From Verrucomicrobiota bacterium (GTDB lineage: Bacteria; Verrucomicrobiota; Verrucomicrobiia; Limisphaerales; JADLHS01), in the NCBI GenBank assembly GCA_039806955.1, contig JBDHQI010000009.1, positions 65,517 through 129,516 on the forward strand: a stretch of 64,000 nt of DNA. Reading direction: 5' to 3'. The translations under genes and the position numbers were made by a program. The notes below the pieces were generated by a model. That model saw nothing but the letters and a program-made list of their open reading frames with translations. It did not search any database and was not told where the DNA came from. Positions 36,719 to 47,202 of the stretch are shown here, one piece after another; position 1 is the first letter of the stretch; every line of letters starts with the position of its first letter.

Positions 36719-38965
36719 ATGGTGCGTTCAGTCAACTGGCTGATGCGGTTATTGATCGGCACGGTGGTTGTGTCGTCGCTGTCCGCCTTGGAAATCATCC
36801 CGCTGGAAACACCCGCCCCGTGGCAGCGACTCGAATTTCGCATCGTCGGTGTGCCCATCGTGGCCAACCCCTTTGATCCCGAATTGATCCGGGTCGAAGG
36901 CACATTCCAGTTGCCGTCCGGGCAAGCGCTGCCCGTCCCCGGCTTTTGGTATCAAACGTGGCAGCGTCAACTGACCGGTAACAACGAGCAGTTGAGTTCG
37001 ACGCACGCGCCGGAGTGGCGCTTGCGATTTACCCCACCGACGGCCGGGGATTATTCCGTGAGCGTAACCGTTTTCACCAACCACCAGCCCACCGGGCTGT
37101 CCGCCCGCACGAATTTTTCCGTCACGGGCGAAGCGCCGGCGCGCAGCGGTTACGTGCGCATCGCTCCGGGCGGGCAGTATTTCGAGACGGGCGATGGCCG
37201 GGCGCTGCGGTTGATCGGCGCGAACGTGTGCTGGCATGGCAGTCGGGGCACGCACGATTACGATGACTGGTTCGCTGCGATGGAGGCGGCGGGCGCCAAT
37301 TTTATGCGCCTCTGGATGTGCCCGTGGTCGTTTGGTTTGGAAACCGAGCCGGACTCGCTCAACCGTTATCGTCTCGATCAAGCGTGGCGACTGGATTACG
37401 TCCTGCAACAGGCCGAGCAGCGCGGCTTTTACGTCGAGTTGTGCCTGGATTACCACGGCATGTTTGCGTCTAAACCGGATTACTGGGGCGGCAACGATTA
37501 TTGGCCCAAGCATCCTTACAACGTCGCACAAGACGGTCCGTGCGCCACGCCCAACGCGTTTTTCACCGACGCCACCGCGCGCACGCTTTACCAGAAGCGG
37601 TTGCGCTATCTGGTGGCGCGTTACGGTTACAGTCCCAACCTGCTCGCGTGGCAGTTCTTCAACGAGATTGACAATGTCTATTCCGTGCTGAACGCCACCG
37701 ACGTCGCCGCATGGCACGCGGTCATGGGCGACTGGCTGCGCGCCCACGACCCGTTCCAACATTTGCTGACCACCAGTTTTACCACCGCCGATCCGCACGC
37801 GGAAATCTGGTCGCTGCCGCAAATGGACTTTGTGTGCATCCACTCCTACGGCGCGGGCCGCCCGGCGCACGCGTTGAGCGCGCACCCACAGAAGTTGAGG
37901 CAACAATTTGGCAAGCCGGTGTTGATAGATGAATTCGGCACGAGCTGGCAGGGTTGGAATCGCGCCGCGGACCCGCACCTGCGCGGGTTGCGTCAGGGCC
38001 TCTGGGGCGGCGCGTTGGGCGGCTCCGTCGGCACCACGATGTCCTGGTGGTGGCAGAACATTCATAGCGAAAACGCGTATCCCATCTATGCGGCGTTGGG
38101 AAAAATTCTCAACCCCACCAGTTGGGGACAAGGCGCATGGACCAATCTGGTTTTCGACATGTCGCTGACGCCGCCGCCGCTCGTGGATGAACTGCTGACC
38201 AATGCGCCGTCATTCAACGTGACGCTGCCGCTGGATACGCGTTGGGGATCGAGGCTTGCGGGTGAAGTCGCCGTGCCCGGTCCAGAAGCGTCCAGCTATT
38301 CCACCAGCGCGCTCAACAGTTTTGTGCATGGCACCACCCATCCCCATTTGCGAATCCCCTTCCGCCTCAACGCGTGGCTGACCAATGACGCGCGCCTGAT
38401 TCTGCATCTGAATTCGGTTTCACAAAATTCCGTCCTGGTGGTGCGCGTCAACGACACGGAATTGTATCGCACCAACCTGGTTAATCTTGACGGCAGTCAC
38501 GCCGTGAACCGCGAATACAACACCGACCTGACCGTGCCCCTGCCCGCAGGGCAATGCCGGATTGAAATTCTCAACGCGGGCGCGGATTGGTTTTATCTCG
38601 ATTGGGTGCGATTGGAACGCGTGCGGCCCGCCACCTATGCGAATCACTGGCAGCCGCCGTGCGAGCCGATCGGTCTGGTCGGAGCACGCGAGGCGTTGCT
38701 GTATGTGGTCGCGCCCGGCGTGGCGTTTCCCGGCAGCGCCACCGAACTGACGCTTCCCGTGCAGTCGGGTCAATTCATCACGCTCAACAACTGGCCGTCG
38801 GGCCGTTACGTGGTGGAATGGTTTGACCCCGTCAGCGGAGACCGCGTGGGCCAGACTCACGCCACCACCCGCCAGGCACGATTGCGGTTGCCGTTGCCTG
38901 ATTTCAGCGCCGACCTTGCGGGCGTACTCCGCCTGCCGCCCCGGTTGTCGCAATCCGGTTTTTGA
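36719..38965 (+). CDS. Secreted clan GH-A (GH5-like) glycoside hydrolase with an N-terminal DUF5060-like beta-sandwich
   Basis: FRIVGVPIVANPFDPELIRVEGTFQLPSG (DUF5060-like); NFMRLWMCPWSFGLE; LLAWQFFNEIDN (NE acid/base motif). Confidence 0.6.
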   Translation: MVRSVNWLMRLLIGTVVVSSLSALEIIPLETPAPWQRLEFRIVGVPIVANPFDPELIRVEGTFQLPSGQALPVPGFWYQTWQRQLTGNNEQLSSTHAPEWRLRFTPPTAGDYSVSVTVFTNHQPTGLSARTNFSVTGEAPARSGYVRIAPGGQYFETGDGRALRLIGANVCWHGSRGTHDYDDWFAAMEAAGANFMRLWMCPWSFGLETEPDSLNRYRLDQAWRLDYVLQQAEQRGFYVELCLDYHGMFASKPDYWGGNDYWPKHPYNVAQDGPCATPNAFFTDATARTLYQKRLRYLVARYGYSPNLLAWQFFNEIDNVYSVLNATDVAAWHAVMGDWLRAHDPFQHLLTTSFTTADPHAEIWSLPQMDFVCIHSYGAGRPAHALSAHPQKLRQQFGKPVLIDEFGTSWQGWNRAADPHLRGLRQGLWGGALGGSVGTTMSWWWQNIHSENAYPIYAALGKILNPTSWGQGAWTNLVFDMSLTPPPLVDELLTNAPSFNVTLPLDTRWGSRLAGEVAVPGPEASSYSTSALNSFVHGTTHPHLRIPFRLNAWLTNDARLILHLNSVSQNSVLVVRVNDTELYRTNLVNLDGSHAVNREYNTDLTVPLPAGQCRIEILNAGADWFYLDWVRLERVRPATYANHWQPPCEPIGLVGAREALLYVVAPGVAFPGSATELTLPVQSGQFITLNNWPSGRYVVEWFDPVSGDRVGQTHATTRQARLRLPLPDFSADLAGVLRLPPRLSQSGF

Positions 38966-39068
38966 CCTGCTGCGCCGCACGTGATGGTCCGGCAGCGACA
39001 ACCGCTCTCGCGAATTGCGCGTTCGGATATTTTCTCAAGGAGGACTCCGTTCCTCCCGGGAAAATATC

Positions 39069-40151
39069 TCAGCGTTGTGGAGCGAGGAGTTGTTGATAGT
39101 CCGGATACAAATGATTGGTGCGGCTGACGGCGGGGCGGATGAATTCGCGGTAGCCCCAGGTGATGGCCGTGGGCGTGTAGGCACGAACGAAGCGCAATTT
39201 CGCCGCCAGTTTTTCAGCCGGCACCCCGCGCCAGTAAGGTTGGGTGCGCGGATCATTCACGTGCGTTTTCAGACCGAACTGCGCCACGTAATCCTCGAGA
39301 CCGTCCACCAGCAATTCGCCGGTTTCCACGTTGGCCCAAAGTTGCTTTCCGGTGACAACGCAGGCTTGTTTCATGGCCGCAAAAAACGGCGCGCACTGGG
39401 CGTCGGTGTAACAGGCAAGATGCTCGCCGCGATCCTGCAACGCCACAATGTCAATGGCCGAATCGCGCAGGATGTCAGTCCAGAATTCGGCGTAATCCGC
39501 AGGCGTGGCCCAACGAAAATCCCCCAGTACCTGCGCCTCATCCAAAATGAAAAAAGGCGAAATCATTACCGGCTTGGCGGGCGCAACGACTTTGCAGGCG
39601 GCGGCGACTTCGCGATAGAGCGTGCGCGCCAGTTCCCGTTGCGCGCCCCACATCACGTAAGTTTCGTAGGGCACGTAAAACCCCTTGAACGACGAATGCT
39701 GTCCGTAGCGCTCCTGTAAAGTCTGAATCCGCTCCCGGGCGCGCGCCAGCTCGGCTGCCGCATCCGGTTGCCCCCACCAATGGCTCATTGCGCCGGTGCT
39801 TACGAAGAATTCCAACCGGCGCTGATCCGCCGCTTGAAACAAAGTTTCCGTGGGATCACTCAATCCCGCCGGCGGCACCGCGCCAAACGCCGAGCCCATC
39901 AATACCACCACGTTCATGCGCAGCGCTTTGAGGGCGTCCAGCTCTGCCGCGTTCAGGTCGAAGCCATGACTGGCTTTGTCAGGCGTGACGTACCAAAGAC
40001 AACCGACCAGATGGGCGGATGGGTTGGTGGGATGATGCACGCAACCGACAAGCGTAATCAGGAACAACGCCAACCAACCGCGTTGCCTCCAAGTCGCCCG
40101 CCTGGCGAGAAGTTTTCGAAAACCAGTGTCCGGGCAGTTCATCGGCATCAT
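39069..40151 (-). CDS. Lipoprotein, DUF4434-like putative glycoside hydrolase
   Basis: Lipobox TLVGC. Start ATG at 40151 overlaps the upstream stop (ATGA). TIM-barrel-like alternation; family assignment is tentative. Confidence 0.4.
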   Translation of the reverse strand: MMPMNCPDTGFRKLLARRATWRQRGWLALFLITLVGCVHHPTNPSAHLVGCLWYVTPDKASHGFDLNAAELDALKALRMNVVVLMGSAFGAVPPAGLSDPTETLFQAADQRRLEFFVSTGAMSHWWGQPDAAAELARARERIQTLQERYGQHSSFKGFYVPYETYVMWGAQRELARTLYREVAAACKVVAPAKPVMISPFFILDEAQVLGDFRWATPADYAEFWTDILRDSAIDIVALQDRGEHLACYTDAQCAPFFAAMKQACVVTGKQLWANVETGELLVDGLEDYVAQFGLKTHVNDPRTQPYWRGVPAEKLAAKLRFVRAYTPTAITWGYREFIRPAVSRTNHLYPDYQQLLAPQR

Positions 40152-43100
40152 GGCGAAGATGATTTTGTGGCGGCCGTTTTCCAATCCAGGCGATACCCGA
40201 AATCCGTCGGCCGGGTGGTGAAGCTTGCGGACAACCCCTTTGATTCCCAGGAAACCGAGTGCGAGGACTGGCCCTGCGCATCCACGACTTGAAGCGCTTC
40301 AATGTCGGCGGGAGTGCGATGGAAATGCTCCAGAGCCAGCGTGATTTCGAACGCGGGCTGATCGGGGAGCGGAATCAGCGTGAGATGATCCGCAGCTTCC
40401 ACCAGTCGCAAGCCGTGCGTTGTTCGCACAGGGCCAAAATCCACCCGCTGCGACTGCAGCGACGGAGTCACGTCGTTCGGTGACGGAGCGGCGGCGGTCA
40501 TGCTGATTTGGGTGATGTTGGTTTGCCCGGCTTCAATTTCACCCGCGACGTGCAGCACCCCGAGCGAGTAACGCCGGGTTTGGCGCGCGGCGCCGACGAG
40601 CCGATAGCGCGTGCCGTTGCCTTTGGCGTCGTAAAGACCGCAGAGGATTTCGTAGTCACCCGGCGGACAATGTTCCGGAACGCGGATCGTCCAATTTGTG
40701 CCGGTAACGATGTCTCCGCGCCAGGTGGTCGTAGGCATTTCGGGATCGCCGCCACCGTAAAATTCCGTGTCGGTGTAACGCCCCGGTGTGGGGCGACTGA
40801 AATGGTAAAACACGCGTAAATCCTTGGGCGCGGCTTGGGCGGCTTCCCAGCGCGTGATTAAACGGAAATTGCGTCCCCCCAACGGTTCAAGTCGCTCGGC
40901 AGTGGGGCGGATGGCCAGCGTTTCCGCGTCAGCCGGTCGCGCGTTCACGTAACGAATCGCGCCGGTGCTGGATTGTTCGATTGCACGGCCACCAATTTTT
41001 TCCACGCTGCAAAGCACTGAACCGGATTGCGCGATGAAACCATAGGGCGGCAGCGTGCGCCCGGCGGTTGACCAATCCGTCGCGCCGCGGTTCACCCAGG
41101 TGGTCGCACCGGAAGCCCAGCGTACCAGCAGCCGATGCAAATCGCCGCCGGGATTTTCTACCGCCGTAATTTCATCTAGCGCGACCTTTTCCGCGAATGG
41201 CTGGAGCAGCCAGTATTTGCGAATGGCGCCCGCGGACAGCATGGGCAGATCGGCCATCAAGGCGTGACCGGCCAGAACTTCGACACCCAGGTAATCGTCA
41301 CTCGTGATGCCGTGCTCGTCGCGCGAGCGGTTGCCTTGGTAACGATTGGAATATCCCGCGCCGTGCAAACTGAAACGAGTGTGATTGACCAGATCGAACC
41401 ACGGCACGCGTTCCCAATCGTCGCCCGGCACCATGATGCTGAACGCGCCGCCGCGCGGCTGGAGTTGCAGCCATTGACAATCCGCGCCATCGAGCCAGCC
41501 GATTAATTGGTCGCTGCCCGCTTCACTGATGGTCGGCCCTCCCTCGAAGGTCGCACGGATCGTTGCAAACGCCTCGCCCCAATGCCGGAGCGTTTCCATT
41601 TTGGAATGCCAGCGTCCGTCGCGATCCAAATAATCAAACGCATTCAGGGAGGTCCAGACATCCACAAACGAAGCGGTGGGGTGGAGCGCGGGCTTGATCT
41701 GGCGCAGGTTGCGTTGCAAGAACGGCTGGATATGGTCGGGACGAAACTGCCAGGCCTGCGCGTCGCGCCCCTCATTCAACCAGGCGCGACGCGGTTGCCC
41801 GCCGCCATCGAACGTGATGTGGGCATAATCAAATCCCGCGGCGTCCGGATAGAAATCAATGTAGTTGTCGTGCAAGCCCCAGAGCGCCCCGGCGCGCACA
41901 CAGATTTCACCGAGACGGCGCAATTCCTCCAACGCGCCAAGTTGCGGTTGCGGCGGAAAAATATCCGGCAGCCGGTAATCGTAACCCCAGCGTTGCCAGA
42001 CATGAATGATCGCCAGGGAATTGGTCAGGCCGTAATCGAAACAACGTTGCAGCGCAGTGGCGTTGCGTTGATACGCGCCGCCCCAAAGATCGAAAACAAA
42101 CCGCCCGGCTTTTCGGGCGACCGCCGGCGCCGCGGACTTGTCATAGAGCGCGCGATATTGAATGGCGCAATCCATCGCGTTGCGCCGCCCCGGCACGAAG
42201 GTAAACGCCGGCGCGGGATGCGTGTGCAGCGCGTAAATCTGTGCCTCGGGGTCCACTTGAAAGGAATCCGGCGGCGTGTCACAGGCCTGCAACAGCGCCA
42301 CGCCGTTGGCGAAATCGCAACCGACATGGCTGGTGGAAAGATCGTGCCCGCCGCCATGCACTTGAAATTTTCCCGGACGCACCACCGCATAGCCGTGACC
42401 GAAATAAACCCGTTCGGCCAACTGATCAACGGGCCCCATGGCCGCGTCCGTGATTCGGGCGTCACTGGAAAATTTCACGCGCAAACCGGGACCGTCCGCC
42501 CAGATCGTGGCCGTCAAAGTAGCCGGAGTGACGCCGGGTGCGGACCGGTTGCCGCTGCCATCGAATTCACGTTGCAACTGGAGGTGATGCCGCAATTCCA
42601 AGTGATTGTTGCCGGACACAATTTCCACTTTGTCCAAGCGCGCGGCTGATTCCCAGACGCCCACCCGTTCGCTTTCGAGGCTCAGATCAAATCCGTTGAT
42701 CACCACGGCGCCGGGTTCGGCGCCGAACGCCAGCACGGCATCCAGCAGACCGTTCGCCCCCGGCGACAAGGCGGCGCGCATACCATCGGCCAGCGTGAAT
42801 ACATACGTTCCCGGCCCGGTTTGTCCGGTGATCACGGTTTGCCGCACTGATGCGGCGCGCGACTCGAAATCACTGGCGGCGGTGGCGGCGGGAGCGAGGT
42901 CGGCCAGCAGCATCGGGTCGCCCCAGAACCCCAGATCGCAGGTGGTGTCCAGGTTGGGGCCAGGGTGAATCTCCAGGCGCAACTGGATGGTTTGTCCAGC
43001 CCAGTGGGAAAGGTCCGCCTCACCCGGCACCCACGATTTACTCGCGGTGTGGCGCTCGAAAACTTTTTCATCGCCAACCCAGACGCGGAACGTGGCGCCG

Positions 43101-43879
43101 TCGCTGGGCGGCTCGGGAGGAACGGCATCACGAATGGCGTTGAAGAAGCGCAGGCGCAACTCGTGCGCCGCCGGCAGTTGGAGTCGGTATTCGAGGAACA
43201 AAGCACCCGGACCGTGGCGATACGGCGGATGCACGTTCAACGACGCGCGCGTCTGGCCGCGCGCCATCGTGCCGCGATGAAAATAAGCCAGTGATTCCGG
43301 CTCGGTACCCTCCCAGCCCATGGGCAAGGGATGCAACGCGCCGCCGATCCGTTGCCAGAGCGGTCGGCAGTTGGTCAGCTTGGCCAACGCCAGACCACCG
43401 GGCGTAGGCACGACGCTGATGGCGGCCTGCGGCTGCGCCGATCGAACGGATGAATCAAACCGCGTTTCAAAAATGCGGACGGCGTGCGCAGTGATGGCTT
43501 CGGAATTTCCAGCGGGGTGAAACCGCGCGTAAGCGTGAATGGGATACAGGGCTGAATACGCACCTGACCCGAACTGGAAGGTGAAATCCTCGGCCGCACT
43601 GCCCCGACCGGGAAGCTCCAGCGTCACGCGCGAGCGACCGACCGGCATGCAGGGCGAAACCCAATCCTTGAGCTCCAATTCAATTGTCAACGCGGTGGCG
43701 GCGTGGTTGGTCAGCGTGATCCGCACCGACTGCGCGGCGACGAGTGAACGCACGATGGGAATTTCACCAATCGTCAAAGTGATCGGGCCTTCAGTCACTT
43801 CATGACCGTTGAACGCCGGCGTAGAAATTGCGCTCGCCGCCAGGAGCAGCCCGCCAGACCAGAATCGCAAACGACGCAT
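40148..43879 (-). CDS. Very large secreted hypothetical protein (probable glycoside hydrolase of unassigned family)
   Basis: 1243 aa with a signal peptide (MRRLRFWSGGLLLAASAIS). Central ...IHVWQRWGYDYRLPDIFPPQP...GALWGLHDNYIDFYPDA... looks like a catalytic barrel region. Flanking beta-sandwich domains. Confidence 0.45.
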   Translation of the reverse strand: MRRLRFWSGGLLLAASAISTPAFNGHEVTEGPITLTIGEIPIVRSLVAAQSVRITLTNHAATALTIELELKDWVSPCMPVGRSRVTLELPGRGSAAEDFTFQFGSGAYSALYPIHAYARFHPAGNSEAITAHAVRIFETRFDSSVRSAQPQAAISVVPTPGGLALAKLTNCRPLWQRIGGALHPLPMGWEGTEPESLAYFHRGTMARGQTRASLNVHPPYRHGPGALFLEYRLQLPAAHELRLRFFNAIRDAVPPEPPSDGATFRVWVGDEKVFERHTASKSWVPGEADLSHWAGQTIQLRLEIHPGPNLDTTCDLGFWGDPMLLADLAPAATAASDFESRAASVRQTVITGQTGPGTYVFTLADGMRAALSPGANGLLDAVLAFGAEPGAVVINGFDLSLESERVGVWESAARLDKVEIVSGNNHLELRHHLQLQREFDGSGNRSAPGVTPATLTATIWADGPGLRVKFSSDARITDAAMGPVDQLAERVYFGHGYAVVRPGKFQVHGGGHDLSTSHVGCDFANGVALLQACDTPPDSFQVDPEAQIYALHTHPAPAFTFVPGRRNAMDCAIQYRALYDKSAAPAVARKAGRFVFDLWGGAYQRNATALQRCFDYGLTNSLAIIHVWQRWGYDYRLPDIFPPQPQLGALEELRRLGEICVRAGALWGLHDNYIDFYPDAAGFDYAHITFDGGGQPRRAWLNEGRDAQAWQFRPDHIQPFLQRNLRQIKPALHPTASFVDVWTSLNAFDYLDRDGRWHSKMETLRHWGEAFATIRATFEGGPTISEAGSDQLIGWLDGADCQWLQLQPRGGAFSIMVPGDDWERVPWFDLVNHTRFSLHGAGYSNRYQGNRSRDEHGITSDDYLGVEVLAGHALMADLPMLSAGAIRKYWLLQPFAEKVALDEITAVENPGGDLHRLLVRWASGATTWVNRGATDWSTAGRTLPPYGFIAQSGSVLCSVEKIGGRAIEQSSTGAIRYVNARPADAETLAIRPTAERLEPLGGRNFRLITRWEAAQAAPKDLRVFYHFSRPTPGRYTDTEFYGGGDPEMPTTTWRGDIVTGTNWTIRVPEHCPPGDYEILCGLYDAKGNGTRYRLVGAARQTRRYSLGVLHVAGEIEAGQTNITQISMTAAAPSPNDVTPSLQSQRVDFGPVRTTHGLRLVEAADHLTLIPLPDQPAFEITLALEHFHRTPADIEALQVVDAQGQSSHSVSWESKGLSASFTTRPTDFGYRLDWKTAATKSSSP

Positions 43880-44115
43880 GGCCAGAGCTTGTCCGGTACG
43901 GCGGACTTTGTCACGCCGTTGCGATGGAGTCAGAAAGCGACGCTGAAGTTAAGCGGATTAAAACGGAAGTCGGTCCATTCCGGCGGGGGCAGTGCATCAC
44001 TGTCGGTTGTTTTACCAGGGAGCTACCGTATGTGCGAACGTCTGCATCGCGCTGCGTTGGCCTCCGCAGTTCCAACGGCGTGCGGAGTTCAGGAGGTAGC
44101 ACAGGAATGGACGCA

Positions 44116-45369
44116 TCAGGGAGCGCGTCCCATTCGCACCAACGCGCCGACGCCGGGCGCGAGTTTGAAGTCCAACCGGTTTTGTTGTGTGCCGTTCCAG
44201 CGGCGTCCGACCGGATCGAAGATTTCCAGCGGACCGGTGCCGCGCAGGCCGATGGTGGTTGCGGCTTGATAATCCAGATTCACCAGGACGGCGTGAGTTG
44301 CCGTCACTCGTTTACCCGGTTTCCCGAATACACCGATCAGGGCGCCGCGCGCGGGTTGGGGCGGGGTGAATTCCTCGCGCGGCAATGGCGGATCAAACTG
44401 GAACACGCAATCCGTCGGGACTGCCACCGCGCCTGGCGGAAACATGCCGCCGTGATACACGCCGAGCGATTGCAGCGGCTGCAGCTCCGCGGCCATGACG
44501 GCAAAATCCCGATTCAATAATTTCAACGCTGGATAGAGGGCGGTGGGCGTGCCGTCCGGATGGGCGATGCCGCCGGTGTGTTTGGGCCAGCAATACACGT
44601 AATACGAGATACCCTGCGCGCCGTATGCCAGCGTGGTGTAAACCAGATAGCGCATCTCCTCCGCGTTCGGCACCCGCATGGAGGGTGTCCAGGTGGCGGC
44701 CTGCACGATATTCAGGAACGGCACTTCAGCATCCAGCGCGGCCTGGCGGATCAATGCCAGATTGAGAAAATAATCCGGCATGTCGCCCTTGATGCTGAAC
44801 TGGTAGTGATCGTAACTGATCAACGACGGATTCACCCGCTCGACGTATTGCTGCAAGTGCTCCTGATACGCGGGGATCGGAGCGCCGCTGTTGCCCAGTT
44901 GCTCATTGCTGGCGTAAGTGGGAAAGAGATTGATGTAGGCCAGGTGCGCCGGATCATGCTTGCGCAGATAGGAAACCAGTTCGCCCAGGGCGACAAAATT
45001 CGTCGCGTTGGGTTCATCGGTGATGAAATAGGAATAGAGGGCGGGATGCCGTTTCACACGTCGGATCAACGCGTCCAACTCCTGCCGCTGCGCCGGATTA
45101 TTGAGCGCTGCTGGCGAGAGCAATTGGTTTTGTAATTGTCCCCGCAACCCGTGGCGCGCGGCCACGTCCAGTTCCGCTTCGGTACACCAGACCAGATTCC
45201 AACCGCCCTCAGCCATCTGGCGGGCGACCGGGTCCGTCAGGCTTGGTCCGGCCCAATAGGTGACAATCGGCGTGCCCACCTGCCAGGCTTTCGCGGCCTC
45301 GCTGTTTTGCGGGCAACCGAGCGTCAAGGTCAGGGCGGCCAGGATTCGCACAACCATTCCGTATTTCAT
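44116..45369 (-). CDS. Secreted hypothetical protein, GH42-like/TIM-barrel glycoside hydrolase candidate
   Basis: Signal peptide/lipobox (LTLGCPQN). ...INLFPTYASNEQLG...SYDHYQF... pattern; family unassigned. Confidence 0.4.
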   Translation of the reverse strand: MKYGMVVRILAALTLTLGCPQNSEAAKAWQVGTPIVTYWAGPSLTDPVARQMAEGGWNLVWCTEAELDVAARHGLRGQLQNQLLSPAALNNPAQRQELDALIRRVKRHPALYSYFITDEPNATNFVALGELVSYLRKHDPAHLAYINLFPTYASNEQLGNSGAPIPAYQEHLQQYVERVNPSLISYDHYQFSIKGDMPDYFLNLALIRQAALDAEVPFLNIVQAATWTPSMRVPNAEEMRYLVYTTLAYGAQGISYYVYCWPKHTGGIAHPDGTPTALYPALKLLNRDFAVMAAELQPLQSLGVYHGGMFPPGAVAVPTDCVFQFDPPLPREEFTPPQPARGALIGVFGKPGKRVTATHAVLVNLDYQAATTIGLRGTGPLEIFDPVGRRWNGTQQNRLDFKLAPGVGALVRMGRAP

Positions 45370-45544
45370 GCTCCAGCGTTAACAGGTCCGGGCGGAAACG
45401 GAAAGCGCCAAAGTGCGATCTGGAGGTGGTAATTTCTCAAAACCCAACTTGGAGAAACGCAGCAGTGTTTTTGTCATTCGGATTGAAACCAGAGGTTGAA
45501 GTCGCCTATGGTTTATCCCGAACGTGATACCCTGATGGCTGCCA

Positions 45545-46997
45545 ATGAACTTTTACACGCCCATCTTTGCCGATGCCATCAATCTGCCGTTGGTGCTGCT
45601 GTTCGGCATCGGCGTGCTGATTCCGCTCCTGGCGTTCCAGGTTGTGGTCGAAGGTGCGATCCTCGCCCGGTTCTGGCGGATTCCATTTCGCGGGTTGGCG
45701 CGTTGCGTTTTTGTCGCCAATTGCTGGTCGTTGGTCGCCGGGTTGCCGGTCAAAATTGTCAACGTATGGCTTTACAGCCGGCTGCTGCCTGCGGATCTCG
45801 CCGGATATTTTGCGCGTTATCCGGATGCCGTGCTGCTGGGCACATTGATTTATTTTCTCGTGACCTGTCTCGTCGAGACGGGTTACGTGATGAAATGGTT
45901 GGCACGGGAAGAGCACTCTGTCTCTCGATCGCGAATCTGGTCGGGGGGTACTGATCGCCAACCTGGCCACTTACGTGGTTCTCGCGCCAGTTCACTATCT
46001 GGTCACGCGCCCGATCCACGACATTCAGGAATTCACAACCGACACTGCCTGGGCCAGCCAGCCCCTCACGCAGATTCTCTACGTTGACACGGCGACGCAG
46101 CACCTGAAAACCATTCGCTCCGATGGCTCGAAACTGGAGACAGTCGTGCCGTTGCCCGTGGTGGATTATCAGGTTTCCGCCGATCTGAACCTGTGTTTGT
46201 TTCGCGCTCCGGATGGGAACTTGTATTTGTATCGGCGCGAGGCCGCCACCGCCCAACTGGTCTGGAAAACCAAGGCCCGGTATTTCATGGAGAACGTGGC
46301 CTTCAGTCCTTCGGGGCGTTTCGTCGCCTGGTTCGATCCGGACACGCGAGTGCTGGAGGTGACCGATCTGCAAAGCGCGGAACACTGGTCGGCGACGTTG
46401 GCGAAACTGGAGACGACGACTCAAATCGCGTGGACGACCAACGATTCACAATTGGTATTTTCATCACGCACCCCAAAAACCTGGTTGCGGATAACTCCAG
46501 ATCTGGGTTTGGAAGAATTGGCCTCCCAACCCGAAGCGTTGCCGTCGCTCGCCCAAGTGTATGGTCGAGTGGGAGGCAGCCACCGTTTCAGTGGCCCTAA
46601 TTGGGGGCAAGCTTATTCCACTGATGAACTGGATGAGTTAAAAGTTTGGGCGCTGCCGGGTTTGGGCGCATCCATGCGGATTTACCGCACCAACCGTCCA
46701 TCCGCAGGTCTGGTGAAACTCGCGGTCAATCCGGGTTTGCTCCACCTCTCGCGTTACGATTTTACCTTCACGCATCCACGCTTTCTCGCGGCCGGACGCG
46801 AGTGTCTTTTTGAAACGTCCACCGATATTTATCTGTTGGACCTGGAGCGCAAGCGCATCGGCCGGGTGGTGGCCGGGCACAGTTACAGCTTGTTAAATCC
46901 ACGTTACGCCAAGGGCAATGATATTGCCGTTCTGATTTCCGTGCGATTGGGCGGCGCAATGCGAGTGATAATTAGAGCATTTCGAGTATTCCTGTAG
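45545..46997 (+). pseudogene. Membrane-anchored protein with a C-terminal TolB-like beta-propeller region, split by a frameshift at a G6 run (or a sequencing error)
   Basis: ORF 45545.. reads sensibly up to ...SRSRIWSGG and then turns into R/H/S/P junk. The frame of ORF 45975..46997 reads sensibly from VLIANLATYVVLAPVHYLV immediately after gggggg (45943..45948). Removing one G fuses them into one ~480-aa protein. Confidence 0.55.
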
Positions 46998-47132
46998 CTC
47001 TCGACCCGCGATCGGAAAGCGGCAGCGGGCTGCCGCACTCCAAAACCTCGCGGGCACAGAACTCATTCCGCCATTCGAACTCAGCCTTCACTGAGTTACG
47101 CTCATTCTGCTTCGACAGCTACGGCTCTAATT
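46970..47132. other. Nested inverted-repeat element between convergent genes (structured RNA, MITE-like remnant or bidirectional terminator)
   Basis: aattagagc (46970..46978) pairs with gctctaatt (47124..47132). An inner gtagct..tcga pairs with tcga..agctac. Internal hairpins gcggcagc-gg-gctgccgc (47019..47036) and actcag-ccttc-actgagt. Confidence 0.35.
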
Positions 47133-47202
47133 GAATCGCCATAGAGCGTATTAACCGTGAGGCCGATGTAATGGCGCGGACGAGGCGCGCGCAATCGTCG
47201 CG

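Noticed and set aside
30707-43879. Two proteins of exactly 1243 aa (30707..34438 and 40148..43879), which might suggest a duplication.
   Set aside because: The sequences show no similarity by eye. Equal length is a coincidence.
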